Below, one piece after another: positions 41,462-50,987 of a stretch of DNA of 57,369 nt; the first letter of the stretch is position 1, and each line of letters opens with the position of its first letter. The translations under genes were made by a program, and so were the position numbers. Source of the DNA: Candidatus Poribacteria bacterium (GTDB lineage Bacteria; Poribacteria; WGA-4E; WGA-3G); the NCBI GenBank assembly GCA_022822275.1, contig JAJEBZ010000170.1, forward strand, positions 1 through 57,369, given 5' to 3'. Under the pieces are notes generated by a model. That model saw only the letters and a list, made by a program, of their open reading frames with translations. It made no database searches and was not told the origin of the DNA.

Positions 41462-43339
41462 CTAATCCACTGGTTCAGGCGTTAGCTCCCACAGCAGGAA
41501 GCTGCCGCCACGACTCCCGCTTGCGAGGGTCTTGCCGTCCGGACTGAAGACAACTGTATAAACCATCCTTGAATGTCCTTTCAACGTCCTAAGATGTGTG
41601 CCTGTTTGCCCGTCCCATAAACGCACATCAGTGTCTCTACCCGCACTTGCGAGTATCTTGCCATCCGGACTGAAGACAACGGACCATACACCATCTGTAT
41701 GTCCTGTTATTGTCCGCATGTGTTCTCCAGTCTGTGCATTCCAAAAACGGATCGTTTTATCATCACTTGAACTCACAAGGGTCTTGCCATCCGGTCTGAA
41801 GACAACACCAATAACCGACTTTGTATGTTCATTCAGTGTCCGTATAAGTTTTCCAGTCTGCACATTCCAAAAACGGATCGTTTTATCATCACTTGAACTC
41901 ACAAGGGTCTCGCCATCCGGACTGAACACTACGCTATTGATACTTTCCCTATGATCTGTCAATGTCAATAGGCGTTTTCCTGTCGCTACATCCCACAAAC
42001 GCACATCAGTGTCATTACTTCCGGTTACGAGTGTCTTACCATCGGGACTGAACGTAACACAATTGACAAAGTCACGATGCTCTGTCAGTATGTGTAGAAG
42101 TGTACCTGTCTTCACATCCCATAAACGTGCTGTTCTATCCCAACTTGAAGTTGCGAGGGTCTTGCCATCAGGACTAAACACAAGACCTACTACATCAGCT
42201 TTATGTCCTTTAAGTCGCAGGCGTTCTTCATCGGTTTGCGTATCAAACAGAGGAACAGTCTCATCCCAACCAGAACATGCTAACATTGATCCATCGGGAC
42301 TGAACGCAATGCTCCTGACGCAGAAGACGTGATCTGTGATTGTCTGACGTGATGTCCCAGTTTGCACATCCCACAGACGCACAGTACTATCACCACTCCC
42401 AGTTACCAATGTAGACCCATCCGGACTAAACGCAAGGCTTGTAACTTTTCTCGTATGTCCTTTTAGGACCTGAAGGGGTGTACCTGTCCGCGCGTCCCAC
42501 AAACGCAGGTCTGTGTCAAAGTCCATTGCAGTACTCACAAGAAATTCACCATCTGGACTAAATAGGACGTTAGTAATCCTTCCCGTATGCCCTATGATTG
42601 TACGAAGAGATTCACCTGTTTGCATATCCCACAAACGAATGGTTTTGTCCATACTCGAACTTGCAAGGGTCTTTCCATCTGGACTAAACGATACCCTACT
42701 CATAGCAGCTGTATGTTCTGTAAGCGTTTGAAGACATGTCCCGGTTTGCACGTCCCACAAACGCACAGTAGTATCCCAACTCGAACTTGCCAATATAGAC
42801 CCATCTGGACTGAACACAGCATAATTAACCCTGTCCGTATGACCTGTAAGTGTACAAATAATTTCACTTGTTTGCACATCCCACAGACAGATGGCATTGT
42901 CATCACCTGCACTTGCCAATATAGACCCACTTGGACTGAACACAACGTTATTTATACGACAGTTATGCTCGCTCAACGTCCGGATATGTGTGCCTGTTTG
43001 CACATCCCACAAACGGATGGTTCTGTCACCACTGGCACTTGCCAATATAGATCCGTCTGGACTGAAAGACACGGTAGTGACATCAAGTGTATGTCCTGTG
43101 AGTAGGTTAAGTGCTTTTGCCGTCTGTGCGTCGTATATCCAAATACCGATGGCACTTGCTACCGCTATAAGCTTTCCATCAGGGGAATATGCTATCTCAG
43201 GCGGATTTAGGACATCACTTATCCTGCCTTTGCCGAGACGTGCTATCACACCTGTGGGTAGATTCCATTGTGTGCAATCTTGGGAAACGGTGTTTGAGTC
43301 TAAAGTATGTAAAGAAATAGAGGGTTGTGTTTTTTTCAT
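41462..43339 (-). CDS. WD40-repeat protein (paralog without a clear signal peptide)
   Basis: WNLPTGVIARLGKG cap and about 14 WD40 repeats. Confidence 0.92.
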   Translation of the reverse strand: MKKTQPSISLHTLDSNTVSQDCTQWNLPTGVIARLGKGRISDVLNPPEIAYSPDGKLIAVASAIGIWIYDAQTAKALNLLTGHTLDVTTVSFSPDGSILASASGDRTIRLWDVQTGTHIRTLSEHNCRINNVVFSPSGSILASAGDDNAICLWDVQTSEIICTLTGHTDRVNYAVFSPDGSILASSSWDTTVRLWDVQTGTCLQTLTEHTAAMSRVSFSPDGKTLASSSMDKTIRLWDMQTGESLRTIIGHTGRITNVLFSPDGEFLVSTAMDFDTDLRLWDARTGTPLQVLKGHTRKVTSLAFSPDGSTLVTGSGDSTVRLWDVQTGTSRQTITDHVFCVRSIAFSPDGSMLACSGWDETVPLFDTQTDEERLRLKGHKADVVGLVFSPDGKTLATSSWDRTARLWDVKTGTLLHILTEHRDFVNCVTFSPDGKTLVTGSNDTDVRLWDVATGKRLLTLTDHRESINSVVFSPDGETLVSSSDDKTIRFWNVQTGKLIRTLNEHTKSVIGVVFRPDGKTLVSSSDDKTIRFWNAQTGEHMRTITGHTDGVWSVVFSPDGKILASAGRDTDVRLWDGQTGTHLRTLKGHSRMVYTVVFSPDGKTLASGSRGGSFLLWELTPEPVD

Positions 43340-43445
43340 AACGCTTTCTGTCTTGTAATTTTACTCGTTTCACGCTATTCTGAAACGAAAATTAGTAAAT
43401 TGAGGTTCAGACATAATTTACAGTGTTACTATATAGAATTGTTCT

Positions 43446-44492
43446 CTAATGTACCCCTACTCCTAAAACAGCACTGAGAATTATGACCGCAAGCCAGACT
43501 GCGACTAAAACAACTCCAAAAGGTCGTTTTAACTGGCTGCCTGAAACGAAAATACCGTATCGGAAAACAATGAGGATAAACAACATTGCTGGGAAAGCGA
43601 ATTGGAAAAAATGCGGTTCTGCTTTTAAGCCACCGCTCGTCGCTGCGGCGGAAACTCCTGCAACAAACAGCACGTTAAGAATATCTGCACCGATAATGTT
43701 CCCGACCGCTAACTCGCCATGTCCACGCCTCACTGCTGTAATTGCTGTTACAAGTTCCGGGAGCGAAGTCCCGAATGCTACCAATGTCAACGATATAATT
43801 GATTCTGGCACGTTAAATTTTGTAGCAAGAACACTTATAGTCGGAATGAGAATTTGGGCAGAAATAACGACAATTGCGATTGCCCCGATGAGTTTCAGAA
43901 GTGTAAGGAAAGTACTTGATCCGACTGCTTCTGCCTTTTCTTGGTCTTCAGGATCGGGTGCTGTTGAACCTGCCCATCGGATAGACTGCCATATATACAA
44001 TCCCAACAGCACAACAAAGACGAATCCCATGTATTGTGGAAGCACACCGCCTCCATCTTCTTTTAAAAAGGCTTTTGCTGGAGATGACCAAGGAAAACAG
44101 GCTAATACTAAGAGAATACCAGCACCTACCTGGACATTGGACAACCGCGAGGCTAACTGACGATTGAATGATAACGGTGCAATTAACGATGCTAAACCTA
44201 AAATCAGTCCTGTATCACATATAATCGAACCGACTGCATTTCCGAGTGCAAGCCCCGGTTTTCCTTGAATTGCCGACAACACAGAAACGGCTGCTTCGGG
44301 TGTTGTTGTGCCAATACTTACAATCGTTGCACCGATAACTGCTTTTCCTAATCCCCATTGCGTGGAAAGTGATACCGCTTCATCTACCAGCCAGTCTGCG
44401 CCTTTGCCAAGTGTATAAAGCATTATAGCTACAATAAGAAAAAGGACTACGCTGGGTAATCCTACAATAAATTGTTCAATCCAATGTTCCAT
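43446..44492 (-). CDS. Na+/Ca2+ (CaCA, YrbG-like) antiporter
   Basis: Alpha repeats GTTTPE...GNAVGS and GTSLPE...GNIIGA. Confidence 0.9.
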   Translation of the reverse strand: MEHWIEQFIVGLPSVVLFLIVAIMLYTLGKGADWLVDEAVSLSTQWGLGKAVIGATIVSIGTTTPEAAVSVLSAIQGKPGLALGNAVGSIICDTGLILGLASLIAPLSFNRQLASRLSNVQVGAGILLVLACFPWSSPAKAFLKEDGGGVLPQYMGFVFVVLLGLYIWQSIRWAGSTAPDPEDQEKAEAVGSSTFLTLLKLIGAIAIVVISAQILIPTISVLATKFNVPESIISLTLVAFGTSLPELVTAITAVRRGHGELAVGNIIGADILNVLFVAGVSAAATSGGLKAEPHFFQFAFPAMLFILIVFRYGIFVSGSQLKRPFGVVLVAVWLAVIILSAVLGVGVH

Positions 44493-44577
44493 TAACTGTA
44501 TATGTTCCTTCCAATCTGATTATAATAAACATAGATTATCACATAGACTCAGCAATGTCAAACAAATTGAAGTCTCA

Positions 44578-44818
44578 CAAGGTAATTTAGTTTGGGGAAT
44601 ACCATTGGGCAAATGCGCGTATGGCATTCGCCATGATTCATACCGTTGATTTCTTAGTTTCTTGATTTCTTGGTTTCGGATAGAGATCGTTAGCGAAACC
44701 CTTACAAGGGTTGGACGTGTTGGGTTTCGCTAACGCTCTATCCGACCTACGACACTACACAAACTATTAACCGATTGTGATAAAAAACGACTAAAATGCC
44801 CAAAACTAAATAACCCTG
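44578..44818. mobile_element. MITE family A (about 240 bp)
   Basis: Imperfect terminal inverted repeats CAAGGTAATTTAGTTTGGGG / CCCAAAACTAAATAACCCTG and an internal hairpin. Homologous to 1-144. Confidence 0.7.
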
Positions 44819-44820
44819 GG

Positions 44821-44896
44821 TTGACATTTTTGGCAACCAATATTATAATACCGATATAATTTTTAGCTTGACACCTTTTGCAACCAATATTATAAT
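44821..44896 (+). promoter_or_regulatory. Two tandem perfect-consensus sigma70 promoters upstream of the cmr operon
   Basis: TTGACA(44821)-17-TATAAT(44844) and TTGACA(44868)-17-TATAAT(44891). Both share GCAACCAATATTATAAT. Confidence 0.8.
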
Positions 44897-44902
44897 CAAG
44901 AA

Positions 44903-45160
44903 TACAACATTCGGTTTGACATAAATATCAGGGATTTTCATACATAGTTCGATTTTCAATCCCAAAAACACAAACCGAATCACAAGGACGAAGGATCTGA
45001 GCAACGGCAACAAATGCCCGGATCCGGCACTTTTAGGTTGGTTGAATAGATTCCTACGGAACCCAGAATCTGTTCCACATTTTTCATTGAGTTACTATAG
45101 GGTGTGAACGTGCGATAAAACGCACATCAGCTCGAAAATGTTAACGTAATACCAACATAA
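44903..45160 (+). ncRNA. Candidate structured ncRNA or 5' leader of the cmr operon
   Basis: Four or more nested stems with G-U pairs on the + strand, directly after the tandem promoters. No long ORF. Confidence 0.45.
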
Positions 45161-45275
45161 CTCTTATTTATGGTAAAATCTGAAATTATCTTTACACGGA
45201 TGGGTTTCGCTAACGCACTGCCCGGGGAATGCCAATAAGGTATTCATACCGTTGATTTGGACCTACAACACTACA

Positions 45276-45325
45276 TAGATATTAAGGACAGCACAATGAA
45301 TAGATATTAAGGACAGCACAATGAA
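45276..45325 (+). repeat. Exact 25-bp tandem duplication of the cmr1 RBS/start
   Basis: TAGATATTAAGGACAGCACAATGAA occurs twice. Confidence 0.9.
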
Positions 45326-46262
45326 AAAGACTGCGTTAAATCTTGAAACCGTTACGCCGATGTTTCTACACGGTCACGACAATACGATTCTTGAACTACG
45401 TCCCCCGCCCTTTAAAGCACTGTTTCGCTATTGGTGGCGGACTGTGCAGGATTGTAGTTGGAAATCGCTTCGAGAAAAAGAGACTAAGTTATTTGGCAGC
45501 ACAGATCGTAAAGCCCGGTTTTCAATTCGTATTTCAGGAACAACAAATTTGAAAATTATCCAGAAAAAACTGTTATCGCATAAAGGCGGCACTCCCATAG
45601 ATGCATTCGCAGCAGACCAGCCATTTGGGTTGCAACTGATTACAAAGAGCAAATCAGATGCTAAGTATTACAAACAGATTGCAAAACTCGGTTTTCTGCT
45701 TGGCGGTGTTGGCAACCGTTCACGTCGCGGATCTGGCTCAATTCGTGAAACATGCTGGAATTTCAAAAATATTTATGATATGCAAGATGAAGTTTTAAAG
45801 ACACTCAACACCGTAGCAAAAACTGATAGATTCCAGAAAAACAACAGTTTTAATATAAAAGGCAGAACCGTTGAGATTATTGAATCAAAATGGCGCACCA
45901 GCAATACTTCAGGTAATGCTATACATCATGTTAATCGCCAATATCCTGTAATTCGACGAATCTTTTTTGGAAAATTAACAAAAAATCTTGACGATCTATT
46001 AAAGGAAATCGGTAATAAAACCTCTGTTGCGAAGGCTCATAACAGAGATTTTACACTTGGAGATGGGAACCCACGTATGGCATCGCCTGTTGTCGTCAGA
46101 ATTCAGAAGATAGACAGTCAATACATACCGATTGTGACACAACTTTATCCAGTCTATCCCGAACTAAATCCTGACCGAGACGATATTCGTAAGATACCGA
46201 GTAACGCACCAATCAAGCAGCTGAAATTCATCAATGACATTATCAAATTGGAGATTCCATGA
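45321..46262 (+). CDS. cmr1: Type III-B CRISPR RAMP Cmr1
   Basis: LETVTPMF, ELRPPPFKALFRYWWR, LFGS, GGVGNRSRRGSG, RMASPV. Confidence 0.9.
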   Translation: MKKTALNLETVTPMFLHGHDNTILELRPPPFKALFRYWWRTVQDCSWKSLREKETKLFGSTDRKARFSIRISGTTNLKIIQKKLLSHKGGTPIDAFAADQPFGLQLITKSKSDAKYYKQIAKLGFLLGGVGNRSRRGSGSIRETCWNFKNIYDMQDEVLKTLNTVAKTDRFQKNNSFNIKGRTVEIIESKWRTSNTSGNAIHHVNRQYPVIRRIFFGKLTKNLDDLLKEIGNKTSVAKAHNRDFTLGDGNPRMASPVVVRIQKIDSQYIPIVTQLYPVYPELNPDRDDIRKIPSNAPIKQLKFINDIIKLEIP

Positions 46263-48196
46263 CTGAAAACCAACCAAAACGCCTCATGCTCATGTTCACG
46301 ATAGGTCCCGCGCAATCCTTCATTAAAGCTGCTCGAAAGACAGAAGATATGTGGATGGGCAGCTATATCTTGTCTTATCTTACCGCAACGGCAATGGAAA
46401 AGGTTAAAGGGGATGATGGTGTTGAAATAATCTATCCTGCTATTAAAGAACAATCACCATTTGAATTTTGGGAGAAACAAGACCCTACAACGCCTTCCAT
46501 CCCGAACCTCTTTTTAGCAATTGGAGATGATAATATTTCTCAAGATGATTTGGCTGAACGTGCAAAAGAAGCTGAGAGTGTAGTAAACAAAGTATTTAGG
46601 CAGATGGCAGAACGCGTGCTTGATAAGGCATTTGAAAAAAAATGGCGTAAAACTTATGTTGAAGATTTGTTCAAAAACCAGATCCCCGATTTCTTTGATG
46701 TCTATTGGGTGATTACACAGGAGCAACCGGATCAATCTTATGGAAAGTGGTATGAATACACCGCAAGTAGTCTCGCTGCAATCAAAAACTGCCGGGTATT
46801 TAAACCAATGGAAGAGATGGGACGAAAATGTTCACTTGATGGCACACGCGAAATTTTACATTTGGAAGAAAAAGAATCCATCAAACAAGCAATGAAATGG
46901 TGGGAGAATTTTGCCAGAAACTATCCAAGACATTGCCGACAAAAGGAAGCTCTTTGCGCTGTCTCGTTAACCAAACGGATGGGAAGGCATTACTTGGAAA
47001 ATTACTCCAGATTCAAAGACAAATTTAAAGATAAAAGTGACCGTCCGAAATTTCCATCAACTTCAGAGGTAGCAACAGCGGCATTCAAAGAACGGATCCT
47101 ATGCAGCATCCCCGCTTTTGAGACTTATCAAGATTTTTGCAAAGAAGTCAAGAAATTAAAAGCAACCAATGCGGGTATCCCAATTATTGATCCCTTACCG
47201 AAAATAAAATGTCCGATCCCGAATAATGTTGATGGTGAATGGCTTTATGAGGAAACTTACAATGACTCCTATCTCGAACGTTACTATGATATTGATGCGT
47301 CCAAACAAAGAGACCAAATTGAGCAGTGTAAGAAATTGCGGAAAAAACTTGTCGGGTTGGTTGAAGGCGAACCGGGCAAATACTATGCCGCTATCGCACT
47401 GGATGCCGATAACATGGGAGAGGTGAACCGTAAGGCTAAAGATAAGAAAGAACATGAAGCGAATAGCACGCAGCTAATTGAATTCACGAAAGATGCCCGC
47501 CGAATTGTTGAAGAGGAACATCTTGGCAAGTTGACTTATGCGGGAGGTGATGATCTTCTTGCACTCGCAAATCTCAGAGACTTATTGCCGATATTAAAGA
47601 AATTGCACAAAGCGTTTCCTGATGATCTCACAACTATTTCCGCTGGCGTGTGTATTGCCCATAACAAGATGCCACTTACAAATGTACTTGAACATGCACG
47701 GCGAATGGAAAAGAAAGCGAAAAAAGTAGATGGGAAGGATGCACTTGGGATTGCATTATTCAAGCATTCTGGTAACGTTAGCGAGACCGTGATGAAGTGG
47801 AGATATAACTCACAGAAAGTGCTGCAAGTTACCATGGACACAAATGGTGATTTCAAGACGAAGTCGGGATACGACGGTCTAAAAGTAATTCCTATCGGGA
47901 TGAAATTAGTCAAGTTGTTGCAAGACGATGAAGTCTCCAAAAATTTCTTATACGCTTTCCGTGATGGGGTTGCCAAATTAATAGATAAAGATGGAAAACT
48001 CATTAGTAAAGTGCCGCTTGTCCTTGTTGAGGTAGAGTTTAAGCGTCTCATTGAACGTGCATATAAGAGAGATGAAGTAAATCAAGCGACAATCCAAAAA
48101 ACTGCTGAATTGTTGCATTACATAAGTCCGAGACCTTTCAAGCATTTCCTCGGTTTCTTAGAAATCATTACTTTTATTGCAAGGGAGTCAAAATGA
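46259..48196 (+). CDS. cas10: Type III-B Cas10/Cmr2 (palm cyclase domain, no HD domain)
   Basis: IGPAQSFIKAARKTEDMWMGSYILS, CSLDG...LCAVSLTKR, FPST, YYAAIALDADNMG, YAGGDD, SAG. Confidence 0.95.
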   Translation: MTENQPKRLMLMFTIGPAQSFIKAARKTEDMWMGSYILSYLTATAMEKVKGDDGVEIIYPAIKEQSPFEFWEKQDPTTPSIPNLFLAIGDDNISQDDLAERAKEAESVVNKVFRQMAERVLDKAFEKKWRKTYVEDLFKNQIPDFFDVYWVITQEQPDQSYGKWYEYTASSLAAIKNCRVFKPMEEMGRKCSLDGTREILHLEEKESIKQAMKWWENFARNYPRHCRQKEALCAVSLTKRMGRHYLENYSRFKDKFKDKSDRPKFPSTSEVATAAFKERILCSIPAFETYQDFCKEVKKLKATNAGIPIIDPLPKIKCPIPNNVDGEWLYEETYNDSYLERYYDIDASKQRDQIEQCKKLRKKLVGLVEGEPGKYYAAIALDADNMGEVNRKAKDKKEHEANSTQLIEFTKDARRIVEEEHLGKLTYAGGDDLLALANLRDLLPILKKLHKAFPDDLTTISAGVCIAHNKMPLTNVLEHARRMEKKAKKVDGKDALGIALFKHSGNVSETVMKWRYNSQKVLQVTMDTNGDFKTKSGYDGLKVIPIGMKLVKLLQDDEVSKNFLYAFRDGVAKLIDKDGKLISKVPLVLVEVEFKRLIERAYKRDEVNQATIQKTAELLHYISPRPFKHFLGFLEIITFIARESK

Positions 48197-49338
48197 AACT
48201 ATTTCTACAACCTAACGACACCTTCTTTTTTCGTGACGGAAAGCCTTTTACAAAAGGAGAGCAATCGGAAGGATATTCAATTTTTCCGCCGCTCCCATCT
48301 ACAATCCTGGGTGCGTTGAGAACCGCCTACATTGCTGAACACGGTGATTTACCATCATTTTATGCTGGAAAAATGGTGGAGACTATTGGCACCCCAAACT
48401 CACTCGGATTTGTGCGTCTTAAAGGCGTTTTTCTCGCTGACAGGAATTCAGGCATTTATTACCCAATACCGCTCGATCTTGTTGTGAAAACATCTGTGAA
48501 AAAGGATGATAAAAATAGGTTATACCCACTTGAAGTATGTCCCAACAATGCTAATATGAGATCTAATGCTTCACTTAAACTTAAGTATCTTTTGAGATGG
48601 AATGGAAAAGAAGACGTTGAAGCTGAGACAAGTGGTAAGCTCAAACCGCTCTATATGCAGCAGTATTTATTGGGTGAAGATAGGCCTATTAGATTCAATT
48701 CGAATGAGGATTTTGTTTGTGATGAACCAAAGATCGGAATCCAACGAAGCCGCGAAACCTTAGCGTCTGAGGATAACATGTTGTATCGGATTAATATGTC
48801 GCGTTTTCAATCACGATATCGAGATATGTCTGAATTGGGATTTATTGCGGATTATGAATGTAATACCCTGTTACCGGATAATAAAGGGTTGTTACCGGAT
48901 AAAGGACTGTTGAAACTCGGTGGGGAAGGAAAAAGTTTTCTTTATGAGTCGAGTATTCATAACCCAAACCCTTTTCCAACAAAAAATGACGTAGATAAAC
49001 TTAAGAAAGCGATCAAAGATTCTGGTGGTTTCAAACTCTATTTTGCAACGCCTGCAATCTTTAAAGATGGGTGGTTACCAAAAACAAATTTAAAGTCAAT
49101 TGAATTTGTTACAGCAGCGGTTGGCAAACCGATTGCTATTGGTGGTTGGGATATGAAAAAGAATAAGCCCAAATCGACTCGGCGTGCCGTTCCTGCTGGG
49201 AGCGTCTACTATTTTAAGATACTCGACGGTTGTTGCGTAGACGAAATTATTAACACTTTTCACTATAAAAACATCAGCGACTATCAGGCAAAAGAGGGAT
49301 ACGGGCTCTGCTTTGTCGGTGTTGCTGAAGGAGTATAA
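48193..49338 (+). CDS. cmr3: Type III-B Cmr3
   Basis: PNDTFFFRDGKPF, PPLPSTILGALR, LGGEGK, GGWDM..NKPK...AVPAGSVYYF, GYG. Confidence 0.93.
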   Translation: MKLFLQPNDTFFFRDGKPFTKGEQSEGYSIFPPLPSTILGALRTAYIAEHGDLPSFYAGKMVETIGTPNSLGFVRLKGVFLADRNSGIYYPIPLDLVVKTSVKKDDKNRLYPLEVCPNNANMRSNASLKLKYLLRWNGKEDVEAETSGKLKPLYMQQYLLGEDRPIRFNSNEDFVCDEPKIGIQRSRETLASEDNMLYRINMSRFQSRYRDMSELGFIADYECNTLLPDNKGLLPDKGLLKLGGEGKSFLYESSIHNPNPFPTKNDVDKLKKAIKDSGGFKLYFATPAIFKDGWLPKTNLKSIEFVTAAVGKPIAIGGWDMKKNKPKSTRRAVPAGSVYYFKILDGCCVDEIINTFHYKNISDYQAKEGYGLCFVGVAEGV

Positions 49339-49340
49339 TC

Positions 49341-49952
49341 ATGACAGTTGTTATAACACCCGTTGGGACATCTCTCTTTACCAACGGGGGAAAGGAAAAT
49401 ACTACTATTTCCAATCTTTTTGCTGACATAGAAGATCTGGATGGAGACCAATGGAATCTCTATCCAACTGCAATCAATCTGCTCAGAACAGAAAGCGTGG
49501 ATTTTATCAACGAAAAACAGGAGTCTGCTGCTGCCGAGCTCCAGAGTAGCATGGCTATTCGCAGCCAACAAGGTCACAACATCACAGTTCGTCTTCTCGC
49601 CTCGGATACGGTCGCTTCAAGGTTAGCTGCAGAGATTTTACAGTCGAGTGCGGCAGCAGTTTTGGGTCCCCAATGCACTTTTGAATTTAATCCTGACACT
49701 GATGTAATTCAAGGGTTACAGGTTTTGTATCCTATGCAATTTCGGAATGACGGTATTCCGAATTTAAAAGATCGTCTGAATACAATTTACTACAATACCT
49801 CTGAAAACGAGATAAATCTTGCTATAAATATTACCGCTGGGTACGGGGCGTTCGTTCCACCTATGATGCTATTTTCACAAGGTATTGGAGGAATTCCACT
49901 ATACTACCACTTCAAGGATTCTCACATGGTCCTTGATCTTTCTAAAATTTGA
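49341..49952 (+). CDS. APE2256/Sso1393-family CARF-only CRISPR-associated protein (candidate ring nuclease or cOA sensor)
   Basis: VITPVGTSLFTN, AEL, LLASDT..S.LAAEIL, IQGLQV, NITAGYG; lies inside the cmr operon. Confidence 0.75.
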   Translation: MTVVITPVGTSLFTNGGKENTTISNLFADIEDLDGDQWNLYPTAINLLRTESVDFINEKQESAAAELQSSMAIRSQQGHNITVRLLASDTVASRLAAEILQSSAAAVLGPQCTFEFNPDTDVIQGLQVLYPMQFRNDGIPNLKDRLNTIYYNTSENEINLAINITAGYGAFVPPMMLFSQGIGGIPLYYHFKDSHMVLDLSKI

Positions 49953-49964
49953 GGATAAACCAAA

Positions 49965-50987
49965 ATGTTCAAACAAGCAAAACCCCTATTTCTAATCGTA
50001 GAAACGCCGCTCCATGCTGGCAGCGGCAGTGACCTCGGCATTGTTGATTTGCCGATACAACGCGAAAAACACACGGATTACCCGAAAATAGAAGCATCCG
50101 GACTAAAAGGCAGTATCCGTGAAATTTTTGATACAAAAGCAAAGAGTGGAGAAATAAAAAAGGACGAAATTAAACTCGTGTTCGGTCCAGAAGAAGGAGA
50201 CCTGCACGCGGGTGCCTTAGGATTCACGGATGCACGACTCTTACTCTTTCCAGTGAAGTCTGTCAAAGGCGTGTTTGCATGGGTAACATGCCCAGCAGTT
50301 CTGGAACGTCTCAAACACGATCTCTCCATTTGTAAGGAAAGTATTAATTTTGATATTCCTGGTGCCAATACAATTCCAAATGAAAATAAGTGCGATCTGA
50401 TTGTGAAGGACAATAAAATTGTCCTTGAAGAGTACACATTTCCTGTCACACCTAACAACGAATGTAATGAAGTCGCCAATTGGATTGCAGACAACGTTCT
50501 ACCAGCAGATGTTCCAAGTTACGATTATTGGCAAAAGAAAATGAAAAAGGACATCGTTGTGTTGAGCGATGACGATTTCCGTGATTTCGTTATGCTCTCA
50601 ACAGAAGTTATCGCCCGAACCAAGATTGATAATAAGAAAGGCACAGTTGTAGATGGTGCACTATGGTATGAAGAATACCTACCAACCGATTCAATTCTTT
50701 ATTCACTTGCGTTGACGACACCTTTATTCATAAAACCAGAAGGAAATACCGATGAAGAAAAAGAGACGGATGAGAAGAAGAAAAAAGGACAATTCTATGT
50801 TGGGAAAGTAGATAACAAAAATCAACTTGAGGCTGAGAAGGTAATGAAATTCTTTGCGGATGGATTACCAGACATCATTCAAATTGGCGGCAATGCAACC
50901 GTTGGCAAAGGAATAGTCCGGACAAACGTTTATCAACAGGAAGGAGGAAACAATGGCACAGGAAGTGACGACACTCAAGGGAATTGA
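49965..50987 (+). CDS. cmr4: Type III-B Cmr4
   Basis: TPLHAGSG, DLPIQRE, SGLKG, DARLLLFPV.S, LWYEEYLP, QIGGNATVGKG. Confidence 0.95.
   Translation: MFKQAKPLFLIVETPLHAGSGSDLGIVDLPIQREKHTDYPKIEASGLKGSIREIFDTKAKSGEIKKDEIKLVFGPEEGDLHAGALGFTDARLLLFPVKSVKGVFAWVTCPAVLERLKHDLSICKESINFDIPGANTIPNENKCDLIVKDNKIVLEEYTFPVTPNNECNEVANWIADNVLPADVPSYDYWQKKMKKDIVVLSDDDFRDFVMLSTEVIARTKIDNKKGTVVDGALWYEEYLPTDSILYSLALTTPLFIKPEGNTDEEKETDEKKKKGQFYVGKVDNKNQLEAEKVMKFFADGLPDIIQIGGNATVGKGIVRTNVYQQEGGNNGTGSDDTQGN

Noticed and set aside
39343-43358. Long + strand ORFs opposite the WD40 genes
   Set aside because: These are antisense shadows of repetitive coding sequence.
46259-48196. SAM-AMP-type (CorA-associated) Cas10
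   Set aside because: There is no CorA, NrN or SAM-lyase gene in the window. The palm-1 motif reads PN with a downstream Arg (KNCR), as I recall for cOA makers. An alignment is needed to confirm.
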